Positions 1 to 7,717 of a stretch of 10,179 nt of DNA are shown here, piece by piece; within the stretch, counting starts at the first letter, position 1; each line of letters opens with the position of its first letter. The notes under the pieces are model-generated. The model searched no databases. It worked only from the letters and a program-made list of their open reading frames with translations, and was not told the origin of the DNA. The stretch spans positions 1-10,179 of the forward strand of contig CAZQBY010000021.1 of the NCBI GenBank assembly GCA_964592405.1, given 5' to 3'. Source of the stretch: an uncultured archaeon (GTDB taxonomy: Archaea; Altiarchaeota; Altiarchaeia; JAFGQM01). The translations under genes and the position numbers were made by a program.

Positions 1-1821
1 TATGTCTTCATAGCCAAAAAATACTGCGAACAGGGGAGGAACCAGCTCTCGCTGGCGCTGACGGCCTCGCCCGGCCACTCAAAGGACAGGATCAGAGAGA
101 TTATAGATAATCTCAATATACAAAACGTTGAGATAAGGACTGACAAAGACTGGGATGTAAGACCCTATGTTGAGAATATGACAATAGACTGGATAAGGGT
201 GGAACTGCCACAGAATTTCAAGCGCCTTAGGGAGTTGCTGGCTGGGGCGATGAAAGATTATATCTCATATCTCAAGAAGAGGGGATATCTGCTGGACAAG
301 GATCTGCGCAGCCTTGGCAAGAGGGATCTGCTTGATCTGCAGAGCCGGCTCAGAAAAGAGATGCTGGCCGGCAGCCGGGTCTGGGAAGAGATATCAGACA
401 CTGCAGCCCTTCTGAAGCTGCAGCATGGGCTGGAGCTGCTTGAAACACAGGGTATAGCTGCGCTGGATGAGTATCTCAAGCGGCTGAGGACCCAGAAAAG
501 CAAGGCAGTAAATGTTTTGATGAAGAGGAAGGATGTCCGCTCGGCTGTGGGGCTGGCCCAGATCCTCCACAGTCAGGGTGTGGAACATCCAAAGCTGGAC
601 AGGCTCAGGGAGATGATAAGGGAGCAGATAGCCGCAAAGCGCTATTCTAAGATAATCGTATTTACGCAATACCGCGACACAGTGGAAAAGATACTGGAGA
701 CACTGGAGGGCGAGAAGGATATAGCTGCGCGCAAGCTGATAGGTCAGGCAGTCAAGGGCAAACAGAGAGGTATGAACCAGAAGGAGCAGAAGGAGATCCT
801 AGAAGAGTTCAATAACTCGATTTTTAATGTGCTTGTCGCCACATCTGTTGGCGAGGAGGGTCTGGACATAGAAGAGGTTGATCTGGTCATATTCTATGAA
901 CCAATACCAAGTGAGATACGCACAATACAACGCAGGGGTCGTACTGCGCGCAAGAGACCCGGAAGGCTGGCAGTCCTGATAGCCAAAGGGACCCGTGATG
1001 AGGTGTATCTCTGGTCAGCTCTTCGTAAGGAGCGCAGGATGCATGCAGCCATGAAAGAGGTCAGGAGGGAGTTTGACAGGAGACTTGAACCTGGTCGGTG
1101 GGGGCAAGCTACAATAAAAAGTTTTGTGGCGCAGGAGGACAAAGAGGATGACAAAAAGGCGCAGGAGGGGAATGTGTATCTATATGTTGACCAGCGGGAA
1201 AGAAGCAGCGGCATAGCTAGAAGGCTGAGCGAGATGGGTGCTGTGGTGGATATCCGACAGCTGCATGTTGCCGACTTCATAGTCAGCGAGCGGGTGGCGG
1301 TAGAGAGGAAGAGCGTGACAGATTTCCTGCAGTCCATAGTGGACGGCCGGCTGATGAATCAAATGAGTGAGATGTGCAGGAATTTTGAAATCCCACTGCT
1401 TATCATCGAGGGTGATCCACAGGAGCTCTATACTGAGCGGAACATCCATCCAAATGCCATAAGGGGAGCCATAGCCTCAATAGCAGTAAACTTTGGCATA
1501 CCGGTAATCTACACCAAAGATATTGGGGATACAGCCGCCTTCATCTACGTTCTGGCAAAGCGTGAGCAGGAGGGGAGGGCAAGGGAAATAGTTCTGCGAG
1601 GAGAAAAGCGTGCAATGACTTTGCCCGAGTGGCAGCGCTTCGTTGTCGAATCACTCCCAAATGTCTCTGCCGTTTTGGCAAAGCGGCTGCTTGAACATTT
1701 CAAATCCGTGGAGGCAGTGTTCAGAGCACAGGAGAAGGAATTACAAAAAGTGGAGGGCATAGGCAAAAAGAAAGCAAAGCGTATAAGGGAGGTCATAGGC
1801 TCCAAGTATGAGAAAGCATGA
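1..1821 (+). CDS. hef: Hef (FANCM/MPH1-like SF2 helicase fused to ERCC4/XPF nuclease and HhH2), 5'-truncated by the window edge
   Basis: The frame is open from base 1 (YVFIAKKYCEQGRNQLSLALTASPGHS..., motif III LTASPG), so the gene starts upstream of the window, not at 178. Motif IV IIVFTQYRDT, motif V VATSVGEEGLDI, motif VI QRRGRTAR, ERCC4 VDQRE and ADF-x6-AVERKSVTD, C-terminal HhH motifs SLPNVSAVLA and VEGIGKKKA. Confidence 0.96.
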   Translation, partial: YVFIAKKYCEQGRNQLSLALTASPGHSKDRIREIIDNLNIQNVEIRTDKDWDVRPYVENMTIDWIRVELPQNFKRLRELLAGAMKDYISYLKKRGYLLDKDLRSLGKRDLLDLQSRLRKEMLAGSRVWEEISDTAALLKLQHGLELLETQGIAALDEYLKRLRTQKSKAVNVLMKRKDVRSAVGLAQILHSQGVEHPKLDRLREMIREQIAAKRYSKIIVFTQYRDTVEKILETLEGEKDIAARKLIGQAVKGKQRGMNQKEQKEILEEFNNSIFNVLVATSVGEEGLDIEEVDLVIFYEPIPSEIRTIQRRGRTARKRPGRLAVLIAKGTRDEVYLWSALRKERRMHAAMKEVRREFDRRLEPGRWGQATIKSFVAQEDKEDDKKAQEGNVYLYVDQRERSSGIARRLSEMGAVVDIRQLHVADFIVSERVAVERKSVTDFLQSIVDGRLMNQMSEMCRNFEIPLLIIEGDPQELYTERNIHPNAIRGAIASIAVNFGIPVIYTKDIGDTAAFIYVLAKREQEGRAREIVLRGEKRAMTLPEWQRFVVESLPNVSAVLAKRLLEHFKSVEAVFRAQEKELQKVEGIGKKKAKRIREVIGSKYEKA

Positions 1822-1824
1822 GAG

Positions 1825-1865
1825 TTTTTACCCAGTCAGGTAATTTTTTTACCCAGTCAGGTAAT
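1825..1865. repeat. Tandem direct repeat of TTTTTACCCAGTCAGGTAAT (1825-1844 and 1846-1865), each copy containing the palindrome TTACC-N6-GGTAA
   Basis: Read directly: two identical 20-mers with 21-bp period filling most of the gap between the hef stop and ATG 1873. Confidence 0.95.
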
Positions 1866-1872
1866 AGAGGGG

Positions 1873-2280
1873 ATGAAGAAGGCCCTTGTCCCCATGATGA
1901 TGGCCGAAGTTGCCAAGGCCCAGAACGCCAGCGAGATAATCAAGGTTAAGATTGAGGAGCCGCCTCTCCTCGGCTTCATTACCAGGGAGCTGCTCGTGAA
2001 GATAATAATCGGCCTGTTCCTTCTGTATCTGATAATAGTTATAATTAGATACCTACGTCGCAAGAGGGCTGAAAGGGCCGCAGCGCTCATATCGGAGAGG
2101 GAGAGGACAGAACAGCTGAAGGCGGAAAAGGCCAAACTCGAGCGTATGATTGAGGGCGCAAAGAAGAGCTATTACAAGCGTGAGCTGAGCGAAGAGGAGG
2201 CCAAGAAGCTGATGTTTGAGTACAGGCAGAGAATCCTTGAAATAGATGGGGAGTTGAAGGAGGAGCTGAAGGGAGGCTAA
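1873..2280 (+). CDS. Small membrane protein with possible signal peptide, one TM helix and a charged coiled-coil/SHOCT-like C-terminus
   Basis: GAGGGG directly before the ATG. N-terminus MKKALVPMMMAEVAKA|QNAS has an AxA site and an N-x-S sequon. TM segment LLVKIIIGLFLLYLIIVII is followed by RYLRRKR (positive-inside). The tail is E/K/R-rich and helical, with YYKRELSEEEAKKL. Confidence 0.8.
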   Translation: MKKALVPMMMAEVAKAQNASEIIKVKIEEPPLLGFITRELLVKIIIGLFLLYLIIVIIRYLRRKRAERAAALISERERTEQLKAEKAKLERMIEGAKKSYYKRELSEEEAKKLMFEYRQRILEIDGELKEELKGG

Positions 2281-2660
2281 ATGCCAAGCCGTCGCCGGAT
2301 GTGGAACTCCCTGACCCTTCGGCTATTCATTTCCTCGTGGGTGATAAGATGTGTTCGCCCCTTCATCTCGGGCATGCCGAGCTCACTTATGCGATAACGA
2401 ACAAAGTTTACAGGTCTTCCTGTCTCAGGGTCCTCAAACGTATAGTCCAAAAACTTTTTAACATCTGCAGGCCGCATCTTCTTTGGATGCAATACCCTGT
2501 AGATGCCGCCCATTATATGCTCAAGAATCACTGTGGCCGAGCCGTGTTTTGGATGAGTGAAGACAAAGGCTGCCCGGCCGGGTTGTCTTTTTCCAAAGGT
2601 CCTTCCCCTCCATTGGCTTCGCGACAGTATGATATGGCTCATGGATGGACGTCTGGCCAT
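2277..2660 (-). CDS. Hypothetical basic (R/H/K-rich) orphan protein, 127 aa
   Basis: The ATG-started ORF fills the gap exactly, has a TATA-like TTTTTAA 21 nt upstream, and overlaps the stop of 1873..2280 convergently by 4 nt. No recognised domain. Confidence 0.65.
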   Translation of the reverse strand: MARRPSMSHIILSRSQWRGRTFGKRQPGRAAFVFTHPKHGSATVILEHIMGGIYRVLHPKKMRPADVKKFLDYTFEDPETGRPVNFVRYRISELGMPEMKGRTHLITHEEMNSRRVREFHIRRRLGI

Positions 2661-2681
2661 ACATAGATATAGTGCTAAGAC

Positions 2682-2688
2682 TTAAAAA
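2682..2688 (-). promoter_or_regulatory. Putative archaeal TATA box (TTTTTAA) for 2277..2660
   Basis: Lies immediately after the pckG TAG, 21 nt from ATG 2660. Confidence 0.5.
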
Positions 2689-4551
2689 CTAAGCAAAGTG
2701 CCCCGGCGGGATAACATCCATCCCATGCTCCTCTCTTGCATCCAGAAGTCTCTTTCTCTGCTGGCTGAGGTGTTCGTGGAAGACCTCCGGCACATTCTCC
2801 TCCTCATGATATATCTCCTCTATCCTCTTCAGTCGCTTCAGGTTGTTCTCAACACGTATGGAGAACTCCCTGATATAATCCTCCCTGAGGTATTCCTTGT
2901 TTAGGAGTTCCCTGAAGAGGGTTGTCAGATCCTCATATCTTGGAAGGTAACCAATAGGCGTCTCAATGGCTCCAAACTCCTCGTGTACCCTGCCCTCCAT
3001 CCAGTGGAGCCATACCTTCTTGTCCTCAATATCATTCAGATATCTGCCGTCTTCCTTCAGAAAATAGTTGGTTGCGAAGATCAGGGGCGTCTTGTCTAGG
3101 TCCTCACCAAACTGGAGATGCTTCCGGATATACATCCCAAATGGTATCACGAGGAAATCAAGATTTGACATTGGGTTGTGTTTCCGCACCCCCTCCGCCC
3201 CAATGGTGGCAGATGTGGTTTCTGATTCCAGGGATGCGCCCACAAAGACACCATGCGACCAGCTCAAAGACTGGTAAACCGGTGGTGATGTGTCTGAGTC
3301 TCTCCCGCCATATATTATGCCCTCTATTGGAACTCCCAAAGGGTCATCGGCCCGTGGGTCGGCGTTGTCCAAATCGCTTATCCTGATTGTATATCGTGCA
3401 TTCTTGTGGGCAGGTAGAACCTCCTTGCCGTCAGGTCCTTTCATGCCCTCATACCATTCTCCAGCATAGTTTTTACCATCCTTCGGCAGTTCCCTGCCCA
3501 TTCCCAGCCAGTAAGGCACTCCGTCCTTCACCAAGATGTTGGAAAATATTTTCTCTCCGGGAGTGGTCAGCGCCTTATAGATAAGAGGGTCTCCTTCGGG
3601 ATTGACGTCCCTTATTATGCCGAATATGCCGCATTCAACATTTGCAGCCCTGCAGAAACCCTCATCATCAATACGCAGATATGCTATGTCATCTCCCACT
3701 ATGGTCTCGCCGGGTACCATGGCAGTAGAGGTCTTGCCACAGGCACTCGGAAATGCACCGGTGAAGTATGTTACGCGGTTCTTGCCGGGTGGATGGACAC
3801 CCATTATGAACATGTGCTCACACAGCCAGTCCTCCCTCGCCGCCTTGCTCAGGGCCAGCCTCAGGGCCAGTTTTTTCAGGCCAAGACTGTTACCTGCATA
3901 CTGGTTATTGACTGAGAGGACCCTTTCCTCCTGCAGGTCTATGTATATCCTGCGCTTGTCAATATTCTTGCTGCATCCCCTTTCATCCAGCTCTCCGGCT
4001 GAATGGACAAAGTAAAAAAAATCAGGAGAGCCATTGAGTTTTTTGAACTGCTCATAGCCCTTTCTGTAGAGCAGGTCCTCGCTGTGGGCTACATAAGCAG
4101 AGTCTGTCAGCTGCAGGGCACAGATGGAAAATCTGGAGTCCTGCGGTCCCAAGACAAAAAACCTGACAAGCAGTTCCTTGTCCCTCATTATACCATCCAT
4201 TAGTCCGTGTATCTCCTTTAGGCCATCGTCGCGGTCTATGGTGTTCAGGTGCCTGCCTATAAACCTTCCCTTAGGCAGGAGTATGCGCGTGTTCTTCTTG
4301 TCCCTGGCCTGGTCGTAGTATCCGTCGAAGTGCACAGTATGGCCCTCCATTCTGAGGGGTTGTTCCTCGCCGTTTTCTATGGCCAGCCGGCGCACATAGT
4401 CTATATCATCTTGGGAATCAGTTATCACCGTAATCTTTGCGGGTTTGCAGAGATTTGCATACTCCTCCACTATTTTCATGACCTTCCTGTTCCCAAGCGC
4501 CCTGAGCTTTGCTAGATTTGTATCATCCAAGATGGTCCTGTCAATATCCAT
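2689..4551 (-). CDS. pckG: Phosphoenolpyruvate carboxykinase (GTP-dependent)
   Basis: Kinase-1a FTGAFPSACGKTSTAM, kinase-2 VGDDIAY, YAGNSLGLKKLALR, WLCEHMFI, HKNARY and IIYGGRDSDT motifs; 620 aa is the typical length. Confidence 0.97.
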   Translation of the reverse strand: MDIDRTILDDTNLAKLRALGNRKVMKIVEEYANLCKPAKITVITDSQDDIDYVRRLAIENGEEQPLRMEGHTVHFDGYYDQARDKKNTRILLPKGRFIGRHLNTIDRDDGLKEIHGLMDGIMRDKELLVRFFVLGPQDSRFSICALQLTDSAYVAHSEDLLYRKGYEQFKKLNGSPDFFYFVHSAGELDERGCSKNIDKRRIYIDLQEERVLSVNNQYAGNSLGLKKLALRLALSKAAREDWLCEHMFIMGVHPPGKNRVTYFTGAFPSACGKTSTAMVPGETIVGDDIAYLRIDDEGFCRAANVECGIFGIIRDVNPEGDPLIYKALTTPGEKIFSNILVKDGVPYWLGMGRELPKDGKNYAGEWYEGMKGPDGKEVLPAHKNARYTIRISDLDNADPRADDPLGVPIEGIIYGGRDSDTSPPVYQSLSWSHGVFVGASLESETTSATIGAEGVRKHNPMSNLDFLVIPFGMYIRKHLQFGEDLDKTPLIFATNYFLKEDGRYLNDIEDKKVWLHWMEGRVHEEFGAIETPIGYLPRYEDLTTLFRELLNKEYLREDYIREFSIRVENNLKRLKRIEEIYHEEENVPEVFHEHLSQQRKRLLDAREEHGMDVIPPGHFA

Positions 4552-4580
4552 AAGAATCAGGGTTAGTTATGGGCTGTGAG

Positions 4581-4588
4581 TTTAAAAA
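4581..4588 (-). promoter_or_regulatory. Putative TATA box (TTTTTAAA) for pckG, overlapping the upstream gene's stop codon
   Basis: 29 nt from ATG 4551; includes the TAA at 4582-4584. Confidence 0.55.
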
Positions 4589-5241
4589 TTACCTTTCCTG
4601 TCAGCCTTGGAATATCTGTCATAATCCTTCAGCGATTTCATTCCAATGTGCCATGCGTCCTTTCCCCTAGCAAAAAGACCCATTCTTCTGAGTGTTTCAT
4701 GGCCCCTGAGATCAGCAGGCGTTACTTCAGTTGGGACTGACCTGCGTGCATATCTGGCCGGATTCACGCTCCATTCCCTACCAGCCATTTTGAATAGGAC
4801 TATTGAGCTGTTACCAATCCTTGCAAAGTCCGCCTTTATGCCATGCGCCCTGAGGACAGCTACCAAGGCAATCGCGTTGTCCACACATCCAAGAACATTT
4901 TTTGCTCTCTGCCTGTCCTCCTTGGACAACATGACTACCCTGCCTGAGTGAAGTATGTCCTCGGCAGTGCGCTTGGCATAGAGAGCATCCAAATCCCTAA
5001 CGGACACAATCTCTGGCTTGAGATGTTTTATCTCTCTGATAACGGGTATTACAGAGTGGGGATTATGGGGATCTATCTTAAACCTCGAGGCAAATTCCCG
5101 GACGGTTTTGGTTACCATGGCCTGCCTTCCGCCAACCTGCTTCAGCGGTCGTATATGCGGAATTCCCTTTTTGACCACCACCCTTTTTGGATGGAACAGG
5201 TGCGATATTCCCCCAGCGGGTATTAATGGCATTCTTGGCAT
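4582..5241 (-). CDS. Transglutaminase-like (papain-fold) protein with basic N-terminal extension and apparently degenerate triad
   Basis: RTAEDILHSG...GCVDNAIALVAVLRAHGIKA matches the TGase-like Cys helix motif (GxCxDxA...LRAxGIxA), followed by W-x2-NP where DP is usual. Start set at ATG 5241 (MPRMP), 16 nt after the trm1 stop and 22 nt from a TATA-like TTTTTAAT. Confidence 0.7.
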   Translation of the reverse strand: MPRMPLIPAGGISHLFHPKRVVVKKGIPHIRPLKQVGGRQAMVTKTVREFASRFKIDPHNPHSVIPVIREIKHLKPEIVSVRDLDALYAKRTAEDILHSGRVVMLSKEDRQRAKNVLGCVDNAIALVAVLRAHGIKADFARIGNSSIVLFKMAGREWSVNPARYARRSVPTEVTPADLRGHETLRRMGLFARGKDAWHIGMKSLKDYDRYSKADRKGNF

Positions 5242-5257
5242 TTTTGGATTTAGCTGT

Positions 5258-6331
5258 TCATGAATTAAAAAGCGGCAGGACATCACATCTTATCCCCGTC
5301 CTTGAGAAGTGCGTCTCAGTGACGCGGTGCCCCTCCTCTGCCAGCCGGGAGATGAGCTGCCTCTTGGGCGGACATGGGATGGCTGCCAGCCGGGAAAGGT
5401 GATGGATATTATAGAAGGGTGTTAGTATCTCCTGTTCCCCTGCCACAAGTCTCAAAAGATCCCTGAGCTGGGGATTGTCCGTCTGGATATTGCCACAAAA
5501 CCCGGAATCTGCAAACTCCCCTGCCCAAAGCGGGCCAGCCCAGTTCAGGCCGGAAGCACAGTTTGGGCACTTGTCCAGAAACCTGTCAACCTTTACGTAG
5601 CCTCTCCAGTCGCATTTGAAGCAGTGCTGGAGATAGGAGATCCTGTCAAGCATGTCATTGGCCCTCTTGGTGCCGTTTTCTGTGGCTAGAAAAAGCCTGA
5701 AATAGTGGCGGTGGTTATAGCAGAGAAGCGGCCTGAGCGCAAATTCATAGCGTGCAGCCATACGGACAGAGGCTCCTATCAGTATCCTGAGGCCTATCTC
5801 CTTAGCATAGGAGGTCCTTAGAGGACGTGCATCATAGCGGCGCCGGCATGTCAGAATTGAAACCCCGCAGAGCGGGGCGGTGTCCGTGGCTGTCAGGCAG
5901 AGGAGACCATCCTTCCTCCTTATTGCACGCAGGGCAGAATCCAAAGCCACTATAAACGAGCCGAATGGATCTATATCAATGACATCAAATTTGTCGCAGC
6001 GAAAACGGCGGAGAAAGAGATTGACGTCCTCGCAGAAAACCTCCCCCCTTACCCCGTTCATCTCCATATTCTTTCTAATAAGGGCTGTGGCCTCCGGACT
6101 GATGTCATTGAAGAATATGCGCTCAAACCCTGCCTCTCTAGCTGCCCGGATGCCGCGGATACCAGAACCGGCTAGTGCATCACAGTAGCTCCTCCCCCCA
6201 TGCGCGCGGAGCAGGGCTGTTGTCAGATCCCTGTCCAGTGCCATTGAGGGATTGTAGAAGACCGGCAGCTTTTTGGTGACATTGCCCTCCGGGGCATAAA
6301 ACCTCGTCGATCCCTCTTCAAATATCCTCAT
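5258..6331 (-). CDS. trm1: tRNA (guanine(26)-N2)-dimethyltransferase Trm1
   Basis: PVFYNPSMALDRD, DALAGSGIRGIR, DVIDIDPFGS, LTATDTAPLCG, EIGLRIL, Zn ribbon CFKC...CPNC, GPLWAG and THF motifs. Start revised to ATG 6331 (MRIFEEG) to avoid overlap with the SemiSWEET gene. Confidence 0.96.
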   Translation of the reverse strand: MRIFEEGSTRFYAPEGNVTKKLPVFYNPSMALDRDLTTALLRAHGGRSYCDALAGSGIRGIRAAREAGFERIFFNDISPEATALIRKNMEMNGVRGEVFCEDVNLFLRRFRCDKFDVIDIDPFGSFIVALDSALRAIRRKDGLLCLTATDTAPLCGVSILTCRRRYDARPLRTSYAKEIGLRILIGASVRMAARYEFALRPLLCYNHRHYFRLFLATENGTKRANDMLDRISYLQHCFKCDWRGYVKVDRFLDKCPNCASGLNWAGPLWAGEFADSGFCGNIQTDNPQLRDLLRLVAGEQEILTPFYNIHHLSRLAAIPCPPKRQLISRLAEEGHRVTETHFSRTGIRCDVLPLFNS

Positions 6332-6351
6332 GGGATATTTAGGTGTTTGTT

Positions 6352-6684
6352 TTAGGAATATATAAGAGCCCCTATAAGAACGAATAAATTCATTATAAAC
6401 CAGAGAGTATATGTCACAACTATTGGTTTTTCCTTGTGAACTATGCCATAGAGCACCCATGGCACATCAAAGGTGGCGAAAAGACCCCATGAGATTGGTG
6501 AAACGCCGACAGCATTCTGCCCCAAGTATATTCTGAGTATCTGTGGTATCGCAAGCAGTGGTCCGGCTATCCCACAGATGAGCACGACTCTGTCTAGGAG
6601 CTGCACCCTAGGATCCGGATGGGGATATGGATCATTCCTCTTGTTCCCCTTCCGCATGTGAAGATGGTTCAGGAGTGGGTGCAT
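6352..6684 (-). CDS. SemiSWEET / PQ-loop family 3-TM transporter
   Basis: GIAGPLLAIPQILRIY (PQ motif), AVGVSPISW, WVLYGIVHKEKPI and three hydrophobic helices. Start ATG 6684 is 1 nt after the stop of the upstream gene. Confidence 0.88.
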   Translation of the reverse strand: MHPLLNHLHMRKGNKRNDPYPHPDPRVQLLDRVVLICGIAGPLLAIPQILRIYLGQNAVGVSPISWGLFATFDVPWVLYGIVHKEKPIVVTYTLWFIMNLFVLIGALIYS

Positions 6685-6685
6685 C

Positions 6686-7717
6686 TTATCGCAGGTCTTC
6701 CGGCAGAACGACCTCGTCCACGGTCGATCCGGCCTTGATGGTAACTCTGGGTCCGATACGTGCATTACCCTGTATGGTAGCGCCCTTCTCTATAACAACC
6801 TCATCTCCTATAACTGCTCCCGGCCATATATCCACATCCTCACCCAGGATACAGTTCGATCCCACTATGCAGTTCTTGAGTTTTGATCCCCTGCCTATTT
6901 TTGTATTATCAAATACCACCGAACTCGTGATGCTGGCATTGGCCACTGTGCAGCCGCTGCCAAGAACTGATTCCATTATTGTAGAGCCATCAATCACAGA
7001 GCCTTCCCCTATAATATTCTTCTCATGGAGCAAGTAATGTGTGGCCTCAAGATAATCCTTGGGGGTTCCAACATCACGCCAAAAAGCGTGCGTCACACTT
7101 CCGCATATGCGCTTACCCTTCTCCAGCATCCTTGGAAAGAGGTTCTTGGAAAAATCGTAGAACTGCAGAGGTATCATATCAAGCACCTCCGGCTCAAGTA
7201 TGTAAATCCCGTCATTTGCCAGATTGCTGAATGTCTCATCATGCCTTGGTTTCTCCTTGTATCTTACTATATCATAACCGTCCATCTCCGCTATGCCGAA
7301 GAGTGAGACGTCATCCACTTCTATGAGGGAGATGGTCAGCAGGCCCCCCATCCTTCTGTGCTCTCTGTAAAGGCCGGCTATATCTATCTCACTGATGTTG
7401 TCACCCTGTATGACAGCAAATGCGTCATCAATACCATCGACGGCGTTCTTGACCGAACCTGCAGTCCCCAGGGGCTCATGCTCATGGATTATCCTTAAGT
7501 CAAGACCCCATTTTGAACCATCGCCGAGATGTTCCTCCATCTCCTTCCCCTTTACATTTGTGGTTATGATAACCTCCCTGAAACCCTGCCTGCTGAGCCT
7601 CGCGACTATATGCTCGATTATGGGTCTGTTCAAAAAAGGCACCATGGGCTTTATGCGTGTGTATGTCAGGGGCCTCAGCCGTGTTCCCTCGCCTCCGGCG
7701 AGTATGACAGCTTTCAT
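6686..7717 (-). CDS. NDP-sugar pyrophosphorylase (mannose-1-phosphate guanylyltransferase / GCD1-like) with C-terminal left-handed beta-helix
   Basis: MKAVILAGGEGTRLRPLT..KPMVP, EPLGTAGSV, GDN, YKEKP, WRDVGTPKDY and hexapeptide repeats (IGEGSVI, IGRGSKL, VGSNCIL, IGDEVVI). The exact sugar and nucleotide specificity cannot be determined. Confidence 0.93.
   Translation of the reverse strand: MKAVILAGGEGTRLRPLTYTRIKPMVPFLNRPIIEHIVARLSRQGFREVIITTNVKGKEMEEHLGDGSKWGLDLRIIHEHEPLGTAGSVKNAVDGIDDAFAVIQGDNISEIDIAGLYREHRRMGGLLTISLIEVDDVSLFGIAEMDGYDIVRYKEKPRHDETFSNLANDGIYILEPEVLDMIPLQFYDFSKNLFPRMLEKGKRICGSVTHAFWRDVGTPKDYLEATHYLLHEKNIIGEGSVIDGSTIMESVLGSGCTVANASITSSVVFDNTKIGRGSKLKNCIVGSNCILGEDVDIWPGAVIGDEVVIEKGATIQGNARIGPRVTIKAGSTVDEVVLPEDLR

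Noticed and set aside
178-1821. ATG 178 as the hef start
   Set aside because: The frame is open to base 1 and contains helicase motif III, so the real start is outside the window.
1819-1821. Selenocysteine recoding of the hef TGA
   Set aside because: The TGA falls at the natural end of the HhH2 domain, with no redox motif context and no SECIS-like element recognised.
1825-1865. CRISPR mini-array or IS end
   Set aside because: There are only two abutting copies with no spacer, and no cas or transposase gene nearby.
2301-2666. 121-aa + strand ORF
   Set aside because: It is antisense to 2277..2660, has no ATG start or promoter support, and is most likely a shadow, although neither ORF has a recognised domain.
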